Source: Nitrososphaeria archaeon (GTDB lineage Archaea > Thermoproteota > Nitrososphaeria > Geothermarchaeales > JDFR-13). Taken from it: 64,000 nt of DNA. A model generated the notes under the pieces. The model had not been told where the DNA came from and ran no database searches. It saw nothing but the letters and a program-made list of their open reading frames with translations. Position 1 is the stretch's first letter; each line of letters begins with the position of its first letter. Made by a program: the position numbers and the translations under genes. Shown here one piece after another: positions 23,532 through 34,371 of this stretch. The DNA lies in NCBI GenBank assembly GCA_027078545.1, contig JALWXN010000004.1, positions 96,001 through 160,000 of the forward strand, given 5' to 3'.

Positions 23532-23585
23532 ATGTTGCGTGAAGGAGTAATTAGATGTAGTTGCCGTAATTAATATGATGGCGCC

Positions 23586-24806
23586 ATGAAACTAACAACA
23601 CCTAGGGGCATTAGGGACATACCACCGGATGAGTATGAAGCTATGCTAGAGATATTCGACGCTTTCCGTGAAAAATGTAGACTATATGGATTCAGACTAA
23701 TGGAGCCAGCAACCATAGAGAAGTTCGAAGTCTTGGCATTGAAGTCGGGAGAGGAGATAGAGAAGGAGATATATGCGTTCAGAGACAAGGCTAATAGGAA
23801 ATTGGGATTGAGATTCGACCTAACAGTAGGACTTACACGATACGTCGTTTCAAACCCCCAGCTACAGAAACCCGTTAAATTAGCAGCATACTCGGTACAG
23901 TGGAGATATGACGAGCCTCAACGAGGGAGATACAGAAGCTTCTATTCATGGGATGTTGAGATCTATGGAGGGGAACAGATCCTCTCAGCGGCGGAGACGA
24001 TAATATTTACAGACGATCTGTTGGGCAGCCTGGGTCTAAACAACTATTCAATAAAGATATCAGACAGAAGACTAGTGGAGAGAGTCCTAAGAGAGGTTTT
24101 TCACATAGATGATCCACTCCCCGTCATGAGAATCCTGGACAAATGGGGGAAGAAGGACGAGGATGAACTGACAAGAATGATGATGGATCTAGGCGTATCG
24201 GAAGAGATTGCTAGAGACATAATAGACACATTCTTCTATAGCCAAGAAGTGCCAGAGAGTGAGGAGAAGAATGAACTATCCCAACTACTTGACATCCTTA
24301 AAGATGCTGGTGTAGATAGTGCTGAGATAGACCTCAGCATAGTCAGGGGGCTCGATTACTACGACGGCATAGTATTCGAAGTAAGACCTAGTAACGAGAC
24401 ACTCGCCCTTGTAGGAGGGGGAAACTATTCAGCCCTAGTTAAAACCTTTGGAGGGAACTTCAATGCATTCGGGGCAGCCGGAGGAGTGGAGAGGCTCCTC
24501 ATGTACATTAATAGAGAATCTAGGGACAGCCGGGGAATCTACATAATACCCATAGGCGGAACAACCCCTAGAGACGCCCTACTAGTCGCTAAGAAACTTA
24601 GGGAACTAGGCATCCCCGCTGACTACCCTCTAACCACTCGAGGCTTGACGAAAACAATTAAATATGCAGAGAAACATGGATATAGATACGTCCTGTTCCT
24701 AGGCCCCCAGGAGCTGAGAGAAGGGATATATACCCTCAAGGACCTAGCCACAGGTGAACAAGACAAATATAGTATCAAGGAATTAGCGGAGATTCTCACC
24801 CAGTAA
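23586..24806 (+). CDS. hisS: Histidyl-tRNA synthetase
   Basis: PRG.RD, LRFDLT, RYDEPQRGRYR, RGLDYY, GVERL. Confidence 0.96.
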   Translation: MKLTTPRGIRDIPPDEYEAMLEIFDAFREKCRLYGFRLMEPATIEKFEVLALKSGEEIEKEIYAFRDKANRKLGLRFDLTVGLTRYVVSNPQLQKPVKLAAYSVQWRYDEPQRGRYRSFYSWDVEIYGGEQILSAAETIIFTDDLLGSLGLNNYSIKISDRRLVERVLREVFHIDDPLPVMRILDKWGKKDEDELTRMMMDLGVSEEIARDIIDTFFYSQEVPESEEKNELSQLLDILKDAGVDSAEIDLSIVRGLDYYDGIVFEVRPSNETLALVGGGNYSALVKTFGGNFNAFGAAGGVERLLMYINRESRDSRGIYIIPIGGTTPRDALLVAKKLRELGIPADYPLTTRGLTKTIKYAEKHGYRYVLFLGPQELREGIYTLKDLATGEQDKYSIKELAEILTQ

Positions 24807-25578
24807 TGAAAATCCCCTCGTCACCAACATCCACACCTAAGTATTCTGCAGCACTAGAGCCGTTACAGACTACCTCATAAAGACCACTACTCCCACATAT
24901 CACCCCTACCTCGCCCTGACCCAAGTCGGAGAAAGTCTTTACACGTCTAACCTCCTGCTCCTTCCCCGATAATACTACCTTGATTGGGAGAAGAGCCTCC
25001 TGGCACGACACGTTTGTAACTATGTTCCCAAATCTATCGACGTTAACCACCTTGAAGTAGACCCTATTACCATCTTTTCTATACCTGAATATATCCATCC
25101 TCACATATTCATCTAGTGGTCTGAGAAACTCCCTAACACCTCTTAGATATAGGCCAGCCGCTCTAGCAAATACGTCTCGCCCATGGAAGGTATGGGAAAC
25201 CCTCGGGAAATAGTCACTCCTACTATAATCAATTTCGTAGGCAGCCTCTATACCCAGTGCCTCCATCAAGGGAGAGAGCAATCCATTATCCGGGCCTATC
25301 AAGACATTATTATCAGAACATTCAACCAGTAATGCCCTACGCTCAGTCCCCACTCCTGGATCCACAACACCCACGATGACAGAGTTATGAACATTAACTA
25401 GCGATAGCTGCCAAAGTATGAAGCCTCCCTGTAGAACATTACCGGGCTGGACATCATGAGATACATCTATGAACAACACGTCATCATAGAGATCGAGGAT
25501 AACAGACTTCATAGCGGCTACATAGTAGTCTCTATACCCGAAATCGGTCAAGAGATATACCCTCTTCAAACCGACCAC
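24796..25578 (-). CDS. SAM hydroxide adenosyltransferase (DUF62 family)
   Basis: LTDFG, VVDPGVGTER, PDNGLL, TFHGRDVF, DRFGN. Confidence 0.92.
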   Translation of the reverse strand: MVGLKRVYLLTDFGYRDYYVAAMKSVILDLYDDVLFIDVSHDVQPGNVLQGGFILWQLSLVNVHNSVIVGVVDPGVGTERRALLVECSDNNVLIGPDNGLLSPLMEALGIEAAYEIDYSRSDYFPRVSHTFHGRDVFARAAGLYLRGVREFLRPLDEYVRMDIFRYRKDGNRVYFKVVNVDRFGNIVTNVSCQEALLPIKVVLSGKEQEVRRVKTFSDLGQGEVGVICGSSGLYEVVCNGSSAAEYLGVDVGDEGIFITG

Positions 25579-25608
25579 CTAAATTTTGCTTACTGAGAAT
25601 CTATTAAC

Positions 25609-26595
25609 ATGGCACGGTATAAGGCATCTGCTGTGGCTAACCCTATACAGGGACTGGTAAAATACCATGGGAAGATTGATGAGTATCTACGTCTACCCTC
25701 ACATAACAGTATCTCAGTCAACGTAGGAGGAATGTATACCCACACAACGGTTGAGATATCAGACACGCTCGAGAATAACGAGGCAATAATAGACGGTGAA
25801 AAGACCAGCGGCGAAGCCCTAGACAGGATATTAAGAGTATTCAACAAGTTTAAGGAATTGGCCAACCTTGACGACGAATACAAGATCAGGGTAGTATCGA
25901 AAAATAACTTTCCCAGCAGAGTTGGCTTAGGCTCATCGGCATCGGGATTCGCAGCACTGGCCTACGCAATTACCAAGGCCCTGAAACTCGATCTAGACCT
26001 TAGAGACATCTCCAAGATAGCCCGTATAGGTAGTGGATCAGCATCTAGAAGTGTCGTGGGGGGGTTCTCGGAGTGGGTGATGGCCACCACCCATGAGGAG
26101 AGCTACGCCTATAGACTTGCAGGGGACGAGATCCCACTGAGAATGGTAATAGCTGTCATACCCAAGGTTAAAGACATGCCCACCACCCTCGCACAGGTAG
26201 AGACAGAGAAATCCCCATTCTATACGGCTAGACTCGGCTACATACCCATAATGCTGAGGAAGATGAGAGACGCTATACTGTCCCACGATGTAGAAGAGAT
26301 CGGGAGATTGGCAGAGATAGATACTCTTAACCTACATGCCGTCATCATGACCGGACCATCCGGAATAGTAATGTGGAGACCTGAGACGATAGAGGTGATC
26401 AGGAGGGTTAGAAGAATGAGGAGAGAGGGGATCCCCGCATACTTCTCTATAGACACAGGGGCCACAGTATTCGTTAACGTACATGAGAAGTACGCTGAGG
26501 AAGTGGCCGAGCGGCTGTCAGACATACAGGGAACAGAGATACATGTCGAGGGAGTAGGGCTAGAGGCGAAGGAGGCGGATAACCACCTCTTCTAG
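25609..26595 (+). CDS. mvaD: (Di)phosphomevalonate decarboxylase, haloarchaeal PMD-like
   Basis: PIQGLVKYHG, GLGSSASGFAAL, RIGSGSASRS, FSIDTGA. Confidence 0.88.
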   Translation: MARYKASAVANPIQGLVKYHGKIDEYLRLPSHNSISVNVGGMYTHTTVEISDTLENNEAIIDGEKTSGEALDRILRVFNKFKELANLDDEYKIRVVSKNNFPSRVGLGSSASGFAALAYAITKALKLDLDLRDISKIARIGSGSASRSVVGGFSEWVMATTHEESYAYRLAGDEIPLRMVIAVIPKVKDMPTTLAQVETEKSPFYTARLGYIPIMLRKMRDAILSHDVEEIGRLAEIDTLNLHAVIMTGPSGIVMWRPETIEVIRRVRRMRREGIPAYFSIDTGATVFVNVHEKYAEEVAERLSDIQGTEIHVEGVGLEAKEADNHLF

Positions 26596-26604
26596 GGGAA
26601 CCAT

Positions 26605-27570
26605 ATGAACGCGGTCACATCCAGGGCTCCCGGTAAGATGTTTATCTCGGGGGAATATAGCATACTCTTCGGCCATCCTGCTCTCCTCCTCGCGGTTAAT
26701 AAACACATTTATGTAACGGTGGGAGATGCCGATGGATATGAATACAGGGAGGAGAACAAGGAACCCCTTCGCACATACTCATATGAGGAATTCCTGAGGA
26801 GAGTTAGACGACGATCCATCCACGTCTATGCTGCACTCAAGACTGTTCAAGAAGAGTTAGACTTAAGGATAAGGGATATCTACATCCACACAAGGAGTAC
26901 GATACCATTTAAAGGCCTAGGCTCCAGCGCAGCCACCCTAGTAGCCACGATATACGCCCTAAACAAACACCTAGACCTGGGATTGGAGAAGAATGATATC
27001 CTAACCCTCTCATACAGGGCGAAGAAGGCTGTGGAGGGGGGCTCCCCAGCGGATATAGCAGCATCACTATACGGTGGTATAGTACTGGTGAAACAAGCAG
27101 ATGGTGTGGAAACTACTATAGAGAAGATTAACAGTGGATTTATGGATCAATTCCATCTAGAAGCAGTGTATACTGGTGAGCGTGTAGCCACCAAAAACGT
27201 GGTAAAGGACATCATCAGGAGTATAAATAAGTCGGAATATAGGAGAAGGATCATAGACCTAATAGGCATGACAACCCTAAACATGAAAGACCTCCTAGAA
27301 CTAGGCAACGACTATGAACAATTCCTGCGACTCTTCAGGCTTAACCACCACCTATTAGCAGCATTAGGAGTATCAACACCAAGGATAGACGAGATAATCC
27401 GTGAGATAGAGGGGAGAGGAGGATACGCAAAAATATCTGGAGCCGGTTTCGGAGATTCGCTACTAGCCATCTGGATAGATAAGGAGAAAAAGAGTCTGGA
27501 GAAGCCTACCGATACAGCATCAATATCCATAGACAAGGAAGGAGCCACCCTGATGACTACACATCCATGA
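26605..27570 (+). CDS. GHMP kinase, (phospho)mevalonate kinase-like
   Basis: APGKMFISGEY, GLGSSAA, DIAASLYGG, KISGAGFGD. Confidence 0.8.
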   Translation: MNAVTSRAPGKMFISGEYSILFGHPALLLAVNKHIYVTVGDADGYEYREENKEPLRTYSYEEFLRRVRRRSIHVYAALKTVQEELDLRIRDIYIHTRSTIPFKGLGSSAATLVATIYALNKHLDLGLEKNDILTLSYRAKKAVEGGSPADIAASLYGGIVLVKQADGVETTIEKINSGFMDQFHLEAVYTGERVATKNVVKDIIRSINKSEYRRRIIDLIGMTTLNMKDLLELGNDYEQFLRLFRLNHHLLAALGVSTPRIDEIIREIEGRGGYAKISGAGFGDSLLAIWIDKEKKSLEKPTDTASISIDKEGATLMTTHP

Positions 27571-27575
27571 TACGC

Positions 27576-27682
27576 TGGTGGAGGGGGTGGGATTTGAACC
27601 CACGAAGGCCTACGCCAGCGGATCTTAAGTCCGCCCCCGATAGCCCCCTGTAGGGGGTTGGCCAGGCTAGGGGAACCCCTCC
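27576..27682 (-). tRNA. tRNA-Leu(TAA) with 18-nt non-canonical D-loop intron (27640-27657)
   Basis: GCGGA-CTTAAGA-TCCGC; variable arm; D-loop insert forms a BHB (GGCC/GGCT helix, AAC and ATC bulges). Confidence 0.9.
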
Positions 27683-27770
27683 ACGACAAGAAAAATACTC
27701 GGCACAAGCCAAAATTTTAACCCTAATCTACAGACATTACACTGACTTCGCTCCAAGGACTTTGTGGCTA

Positions 27771-27811
27771 ATGTAAAGTTTTATATACATTTTGTAAAGA
27801 AAACTTTACAT
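27771..27811 (+). promoter_or_regulatory. Tandem palindromic operator pair overlapping a TATA box
   Basis: TGTAAAGTTTTATATACA and TGTAAAGAAAACTTTACA directly upstream of the membrane protein/XRE operon. Confidence 0.65.
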
Positions 27812-27819
27812 ATGAGGGG

Positions 27820-28229
27820 GTGAACCATATGAGCAGTGCCCTTTACAATGTCGCTAAGATTGTCAGACCACTGGGCTATCTAGCCGCATTCGCCACCGCA
27901 TTCCTGATCAAGAGCCTGTACGGACTATTCATAGCCAGTGTATTGATAATCACTTCCGAGATATTCTGGAGATACGCCAAGATAGCTGGAGAGGGTGTTC
28001 CAAGCGATGAGAGGGAAGAGTACATATCCTCCCTGGCCAGCAAGTCAGCCGTAGAGTCATTTCTCGTTGCATCAGGGATAGTGGCGATAGGTATGTCCAT
28101 AGCCACGCATATGAGCCTAGTTACGCTGGAGGAGAGTCTCAGGAGGGTTCTACAGGGTTACTACGTCGCAGCACTGGTACTTATCATCCTATACGTAGTG
28201 TGGTACATGTATCATGCTAGGAAGACCGG

Positions 28230-28233
<4 letters not shown>
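27820..28233 (+). CDS. DUF2178-like membrane protein
   Basis: Four TM helices with a DER motif; coupled to an XRE gene. Confidence 0.65.
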
Positions 28234-28542
<309 letters not shown>

Positions 28543-28596
28543 ATTGTAATGTGTTTGCCCATGTTTAAGATAGGTTCTGGGGGATATTTTTCATTA

Positions 28597-29991
28597 ATGA
28601 GGGGTATATTCGGCACCTCTGGGGTCCGGGGGATCCTTGGCCGCGACTATTCTGTCTTCGACGTGATGAATATTTCACTGGCTGCTACGGAGTATTTCGA
28701 CTATAGACCTGTTCTCATTGGTTGGGATTGTAGGGTCCACTCCGCCCCCTTGGCACTGGCCTCCGCTTCTTATCTACAGATCTATGGCGTAGATGTGGCT
28801 TTGGCGGGTGTCATCTCGACCCCCTCACTACAGAAGTATCTATCATTGGATAGGAATAGGTTTGGAATAATGTTTACAGCTAGTCATAACCCACCTGAAT
28901 ACTTCGGTGTAAAGGTGTTTACGCCTGAGGGTTATGAGGTCTTTGGAGAGGCTGAGGAGGAGATTAGCAGGATATACCATGGCCTTGGGAGAGGAGGGAA
29001 TATTGACTGGACCATAAGTAGAGAGACCACTATAGACATGACGAATGACGTTGTATCGACCTATGTAGACGCAATCATGGATCTAGCCGATCCCCTACTA
29101 CCTAAGAACCGGCCGATAGATATGCGTATAGGCGTCGACTACGCCAACTGCTCAGCCATAGCTACGGCGGGCCGTGTGCTCACCACAAATCTCTTCAGAG
29201 AGATTATTAATGTTAACCACGTAATGGACGGCAGATTCCCAGGAAGGATGCCTGAGCCAACACCAGAGACACTCAGCAAGACGATCTCCAACCTGATGAC
29301 CAAGATAGATATAGGCCTCGCCTTCGACGGAGACGCCGATAGAGGAGTAATATTCGATGGGGAGGGGAGGATCTACTGGGGGGATCAGATAGGGGCTGCC
29401 GTGGCCATATCCCTAGGGGAGGAGCTAGGAGTCAGAGAAGTGGTAACACCAGTATCCACTTCCCACGCCATAGTTTCATTCCTCGAGAGTCGGGGAGTAA
29501 AGGTAGTCTTAACCCCTGTAGGTGCCAAGAACATAGTCGGCGAGATGCTTAGAAACGGATATAGATTCGGGTTCGAGGAGAACGGTGGGCTGATATACTC
29601 ACCACATATCCTAGGTCGTGATGGCCTACTGACCTTCATGTTGACGGTAGCACTCCTAGCTAAGAATGGATCAAAGATGATTAGTGAAGTCCTTGGATAC
29701 ATGCCCAGAACATATGTAGCCAAGAAGAAGGTGAAGATAGGAGGGAGGAAGGAAGATGTTATGAGGCTGGTCAGGGACATGCTTATTGATAAGTATAGTG
29801 GTGGAGAGGTAGTCGAGCTTGATGGTGTCAAGATTATACTCGAGGACCTAGCCATACTCGTCAGGCCCAGCGGTACAGAACCCCTCATAAGAGTATTTGT
29901 AGAGAGCAGTGATAGAGAGGCCGCTGAGAATACAGCCAATAGAATAATCCAGTGGGTGAAAGAGGTAGATAGTAGACTTACATATCTCTAG
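28597..29991 (+). CDS. Phosphohexomutase (PGM/PMM/GlmM family)
   Basis: FGTSGVRG, TASHNPP, FDGDADR, RPSGTEP. Confidence 0.92.
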   Translation: MRGIFGTSGVRGILGRDYSVFDVMNISLAATEYFDYRPVLIGWDCRVHSAPLALASASYLQIYGVDVALAGVISTPSLQKYLSLDRNRFGIMFTASHNPPEYFGVKVFTPEGYEVFGEAEEEISRIYHGLGRGGNIDWTISRETTIDMTNDVVSTYVDAIMDLADPLLPKNRPIDMRIGVDYANCSAIATAGRVLTTNLFREIINVNHVMDGRFPGRMPEPTPETLSKTISNLMTKIDIGLAFDGDADRGVIFDGEGRIYWGDQIGAAVAISLGEELGVREVVTPVSTSHAIVSFLESRGVKVVLTPVGAKNIVGEMLRNGYRFGFEENGGLIYSPHILGRDGLLTFMLTVALLAKNGSKMISEVLGYMPRTYVAKKKVKIGGRKEDVMRLVRDMLIDKYSGGEVVELDGVKIILEDLAILVRPSGTEPLIRVFVESSDREAAENTANRIIQWVKEVDSRLTYL

Positions 29992-29992
29992 C

Positions 29993-30907
29993 CTAGAACA
30001 CGTGTCTAAATCCCTTCTCAGGAACTTTGGAGCCATCGCCTAGATATACCCTGCCCCCACCCTCTACCACCCTACCTATCCTTATCAGACCTAGCCTCTC
30101 AGCCTCTGCAGCCCCATTTCCCGATAGAAAGAATACCCCTCTATACTCCTCCCCACCATATAGCGTAGCCTCCAATACAGCTTCTCTATCCAACCTTCTC
30201 AACAGAGGATGGACCGGGAGATCTTCAATAATGATATCAACTCCAGAGGCTCTTGCCACTTGGTATAGAGATGCGGCTAGGCCGTCACTACTATCTATGG
30301 TCGCGTTAGGTCTGGTCCTCTTGACTATTGATGGATACAGATGTAGATTGGGAGAGGGATATTCAAATTGCTTCACAGCCTCGTGATACAGGCTGTGGTC
30401 TAATTCTTCAACACCATACTTCCCTAATAATATGTTGAGGCCTAGCCACGTAAGTCCAAAATAGCCGTCGACATATACATAGTCACCAGGTCTCGCACCA
30501 GATCTAACCGGGGGTTTACAACGGGAGATGGCCACGCCTCCAACCGAGACAAATGGATCCCTAGACCTATTAGTATCCCATTTTAGGCATCCCGCCAAGC
30601 CATACCTTCTAAGAGCATAGTGAATACCTGCCGATAGTTCTGAGAGCTCGTATCTAGACAGTCTACTTAGACCTAGGGATATCATGATTGTGAAGGGCTC
30701 ACCACCCTTGACCATAAGGTCACTCAGAGTAGCAACTACTGCCTTATATCCAACGGATCGCCAATCCATGAGGAGAGGCTTGTCCGTACTGGCAACGAAG
30801 GTATCAATACTCGTGAGGACATATAGGCCTCCCACCCTCTCAAACGCCACATCATCGTCTATACACCTTCCAGACATGAAGAGCTTCTTAACACTCTCCT
30901 CATCCAT
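29993..30907 (-). CDS. thiL: Thiamine-monophosphate kinase
   Basis: DDDVA, GYKAVVATLSDL..KG, DSSDGL, GGEEY, GFRH. Confidence 0.85.
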   Translation of the reverse strand: MDEESVKKLFMSGRCIDDDVAFERVGGLYVLTSIDTFVASTDKPLLMDWRSVGYKAVVATLSDLMVKGGEPFTIMISLGLSRLSRYELSELSAGIHYALRRYGLAGCLKWDTNRSRDPFVSVGGVAISRCKPPVRSGARPGDYVYVDGYFGLTWLGLNILLGKYGVEELDHSLYHEAVKQFEYPSPNLHLYPSIVKRTRPNATIDSSDGLAASLYQVARASGVDIIIEDLPVHPLLRRLDREAVLEATLYGGEEYRGVFFLSGNGAAEAERLGLIRIGRVVEGGGRVYLGDGSKVPEKGFRHVF

Positions 30908-30965
30908 CTGGGACCGCCAAATATTTATTCCCCTGGCCGACAAGATTACTAATGAGTATACAGAG

Positions 30966-31060
30966 GCCCCGGTAGCTCAGCGGTAGAGCGGCGGCCTTGT
31001 AACGATCTAGCCAGGCTGGAGAGCCGCAGGTCGGGGGTTCGAATCCCCCCCGGGGCTCCA
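30966..31060 (+). tRNA. tRNA-Thr(TGT) with 20-nt intron (31002-31021)
   Basis: GCGGC/GCCGC stem, CTTGTA, U73, CCA. Confidence 0.92.
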
Positions 31061-31065
31061 CAAAG

Positions 31066-31827
31066 GTGTTAACCGTGGATAAGCCGGTCCAGGCTACAGA
31101 AGATGCAGGAAGCATGGCCTTCCGCCCCACCCTAGAGGCTGCAGAGGAATTTATTAGAAAAGCCATTCAGCGTAGGGAGACTCTTATCCTAGTTGGAGAG
31201 ATGGAGATGGAGTATAAAGGAAGGGCTAGCTCAACGACAGGGCGGGACGAGAGGATATTAATAGTCAAGCGTGACGGAGCCGTACTGATACACGGAGGAA
31301 GCGGTTACAGACCCATCAACTGGCAACCAGACACCTCGAACATCAGGATCAAGAATAGTGGGGAGTACCTAGACATAGAATTCATAAGGAGACGGCCAAG
31401 GGAGATCCTCCTAACAAGGATCTACAGGATATTTCTACTCTACTCCAAGAAAATTATAGATAGAAACGACCTAGAGATGTACTTCACAGAAGAACATCTC
31501 AGAAAGATACTCAAGAAGATGCCATGGGAGATAGAGGAGGGCCTTAGGATAATAGGTGAAGAAGTAGAGATACCGCCAGGAAAGGTTGACCTCCTAGGCA
31601 GAGACAGGAACGGCTCCTTAGTAGTGATAGAGCTTAAAAAAGGAAAGGTCGGGAGGAACGAAGTCCTACAGTTGGAGAGATACGCTAGATACTATAGAAA
31701 TGGCAACCCTAGAGCAAGGGCGATAATAGTGGGACAGTCCATCACCCCCGAGGCTGAGATCATAGCTAAAAACCTAGGGATAGAGTTTAAACAGCTGGAT
31801 GTAAGGAAGCTCTACAAGAAGCTATGA
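31066..31827 (+). CDS. nucS: Mismatch endonuclease NucS/EndoMS
   Basis: YKGRASS, KRDGAVLIH, PINWQP, VDLLGRD, VIELK, QLERY. Confidence 0.92.
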   Translation: MLTVDKPVQATEDAGSMAFRPTLEAAEEFIRKAIQRRETLILVGEMEMEYKGRASSTTGRDERILIVKRDGAVLIHGGSGYRPINWQPDTSNIRIKNSGEYLDIEFIRRRPREILLTRIYRIFLLYSKKIIDRNDLEMYFTEEHLRKILKKMPWEIEEGLRIIGEEVEIPPGKVDLLGRDRNGSLVVIELKKGKVGRNEVLQLERYARYYRNGNPRARAIIVGQSITPEAEIIAKNLGIEFKQLDVRKLYKKL

Positions 31828-31895
31828 CCATATATTCCACAAGATATATAGGGACATGGCGATTATAGACCAATTAAGAATTATGCTCTGGTGCA

Positions 31896-32150
31896 GTGGC
31901 TATGCAGAGGGATAGGGAGGAAACATATACGAAGAACCCCCTGTCAATCGTATATAGACATATAGGCGACGAGATCACGGTGATGCTCAAGAGTGGGGAG
32001 AAATATAGAGGCATCCTAAGCAAGGTAGACAACTATATGAACCTACTGATCGAAGACGCAGTAGAGGAGGCAGGTAACAAGTCCACCAGATTCGGAACAA
32101 TATTGATAAGGGGTAACAACATCCTCTTCATCAAACTATCAACAGTATAG
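31896..32150 (+). CDS. Second Sm-like (Lsm/SmAP) protein
   Basis: YRGILSKVDNYMNL, IRGNNI. Confidence 0.9.
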   Translation: MAMQRDREETYTKNPLSIVYRHIGDEITVMLKSGEKYRGILSKVDNYMNLLIEDAVEEAGNKSTRFGTILIRGNNILFIKLSTV

Positions 32151-32165
32151 CAATGGTGATGCCCA

Positions 32166-33377
32166 ATGATAGGAATAGAAGCCCTGCAAAGAAAGCCTGT
32201 CAACAATATGAAGATAGAGCTAGTCGAGAGGAAAGGTGTTGGACACCCTGACTACATCATAGACGCTTCATGTGAATACGTCTCCCGAGAACTCAGCAAA
32301 TACTATCTCAATAAATACGGCATGATACTACACCACAACGTCGACAAAGGTCTTATAATCGGGGGTGAGGCAGAGCCAAAGTTTGGAGGCGGAGTAGTAA
32401 CCAAGCCTATAGAGATACATGTGGCGGGGAGAGCGAGTTACGACGATGACTATGAAGAAGTTATAGAGGTCTCTAGAGAGGCCGTCAAGAAATTCCTTAA
32501 GGAAAATATTAGACACCTGGACCCCGACGCCCATGTAAATATAAAACTCTCACTACGCAGAGGATCGACCGAACTAGCAAACCTAGTTAAGAGGAGTAAG
32601 GAGATCCCCCTAGCCAATGACACCTCATTCGGGGTGGGGTACTACCCCCTATCCGACCTAGAGAGCATGGTATACTACCTAGAACGTCACCTCAACAGCC
32701 CAGAGATAAAGAAGAGCTACAAGTTCATCGGCGAGGACATAAAGATATCGGGCCTCAGAATAGGGAGGAAAGTCACACTCACCGTGGCCACTGCAATAGT
32801 GGACCGCTACATAAACAGTGTCAAAGAATATAGGGATTCGAAGGAAACAGTCCTTAAACTATCCCGAGAATTCCTGGACCAGAAGGGATACACAGATAAA
32901 TACAAGATAAAAGTTAGGGTAAACACAGCGGACGACCTAAAATCACGAAAGATATACCTTACCGTTACAGGCACATCAGCCGAGATGGGAGACGATGGGA
33001 ATACTGGACGGGGAAACAGGGTGAACGGCCTCATAACACCTAACAGATTCATGAGCCTAGAGGCTGTAGCGGGTAAAAACCCGATAAACCATGTAGGGAA
33101 GATATACAACGTACTAGCGATGAAGATGAGCAGAGACATCTATATGGAGCTGGAGGATACAGTAGAGGAAGTATACGTAAGGATACTAAGCACGATAGGG
33201 AAAAAGATTACGGAGCCCCAGATCGTAAACGTGCTATATGTCCCAAAGAGAGGGGCTGGGATGAAGACCAGCGAGATAAAGAGCGTTATAAAGAGGGTTG
33301 TCGACGAAAACATGACTGGCGAAGCCTTCCGTAGACTAACTAACGACATAGTGGAGGGTAAGTACACCCTATTCTAA
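32166..33377 (+). CDS. mat: Archaeal S-adenosylmethionine synthetase
   Basis: [35 protein letters not shown]. Confidence 0.96.
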   Translation: MIGIEALQRKPVNNMKIELVERKGVGHPDYIIDASCEYVSRELSKYYLNKYGMILHHNVDKGLIIGGEAEPKFGGGVVTKPIEIHVAGRASYDDDYEEVIEVSREAVKKFLKENIRHLDPDAHVNIKLSLRRGSTELANLVKRSKEIPLANDTSFGVGYYPLSDLESMVYYLERHLNSPEIKKSYKFIGEDIKISGLRIGRKVTLTVATAIVDRYINSVKEYRDSKETVLKLSREFLDQKGYTDKYKIKVRVNTADDLKSRKIYLTVTGTSAEMGDDGNTGRGNRVNGLITPNRFMSLEAVAGKNPINHVGKIYNVLAMKMSRDIYMELEDTVEEVYVRILSTIGKKITEPQIVNVLYVPKRGAGMKTSEIKSVIKRVVDENMTGEAFRRLTNDIVEGKYTLF

Positions 33378-33387
33378 TCACTAAACC

Positions 33388-34314
33388 TCATAACTCAGTA
33401 GAGAATTCCGCGAATCCCTTCTCCGCCAGGACATTCTTCGCAAAAACCTTATCGAGACCATACCTTCTAATGAAATACTTAGTGACTGTAACCACATCGC
33501 GTTTCAAAAGAATATTGGCTGCGGGATCCGTCTTCTCAACAGCCTGTGGCCAGTCAATAATCTTGATGCCACCCTCATTCAAAACGAAGATATTGTACTC
33601 GCTCAAATCCCCATTCACATAACCAGCCTCATAAATCCTAGCAATGGAGTCTACGACCTCTACATACACCTCTTCAGCATCGCCAGGAGGGATAACCGCG
33701 TCCTTAAGCAACACCCCATCTAGATACTCCATCATAACCACATGCATAACGGAGTACACGGGCCTAGGAACCGGGAGATCCAGGATGGCCAGCTTCTTCA
33801 AAATGTTATACTCCTTCTTGGCTGCCGACACGTTCCTATATAGCCAGGGACGCCATATCCTAGTGATCCCATAAGACCTTAGCCTCCTAACCTGTCTAAA
33901 GCTTATACGGCCCAGCCGGAAGATCTTGAGGGAATAGAGCGTATTGTCAGGAGCGACGGCTTCATAGACATCCGACTCCTTACCTACACCTATCTGTCTA
34001 CCCAGTCCCTTTACCAGCCCCCTCATAGCAAGTTTATGGAGAGCCAAGACGTCAGCGCCAAGAGTCTGGAGCCTAACACTAGGGAATGGCTGACCGAAAT
34101 ACTCCACCAGCCCGAGTCCATGAAGCTCCCTAGCCACCTTGACTATTCTCTCCTCCTTAGTCTTCAAAACGTTAGATAGTAGCTTTACTGGAACCCTCTC
34201 AAAATTCAGTGAGTATCGGAAGACCGCATCTAGAAATTCATATATCCATGGATCGGCATCTACAAGCTCTGTCAACACCTCCCTTAGATGCGGCATTTCA
34301 AAAACAATATTCAA
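33388..34314 (-). CDS. rio2: RIO2 kinase
   Basis: N-terminal wHTH, IGVGKESDVY, GDLSEYNI, IIDWPQ. Confidence 0.9.
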   Translation of the reverse strand: MNIVFEMPHLREVLTELVDADPWIYEFLDAVFRYSLNFERVPVKLLSNVLKTKEERIVKVARELHGLGLVEYFGQPFPSVRLQTLGADVLALHKLAMRGLVKGLGRQIGVGKESDVYEAVAPDNTLYSLKIFRLGRISFRQVRRLRSYGITRIWRPWLYRNVSAAKKEYNILKKLAILDLPVPRPVYSVMHVVMMEYLDGVLLKDAVIPPGDAEEVYVEVVDSIARIYEAGYVNGDLSEYNIFVLNEGGIKIIDWPQAVEKTDPAANILLKRDVVTVTKYFIRRYGLDKVFAKNVLAEKGFAEFSTEL

Positions 34315-34371
34315 TCAGGGACTTAACACTTTAGGGAGAAGATCGAGAATATATTGGATTGACTGGTAGCA

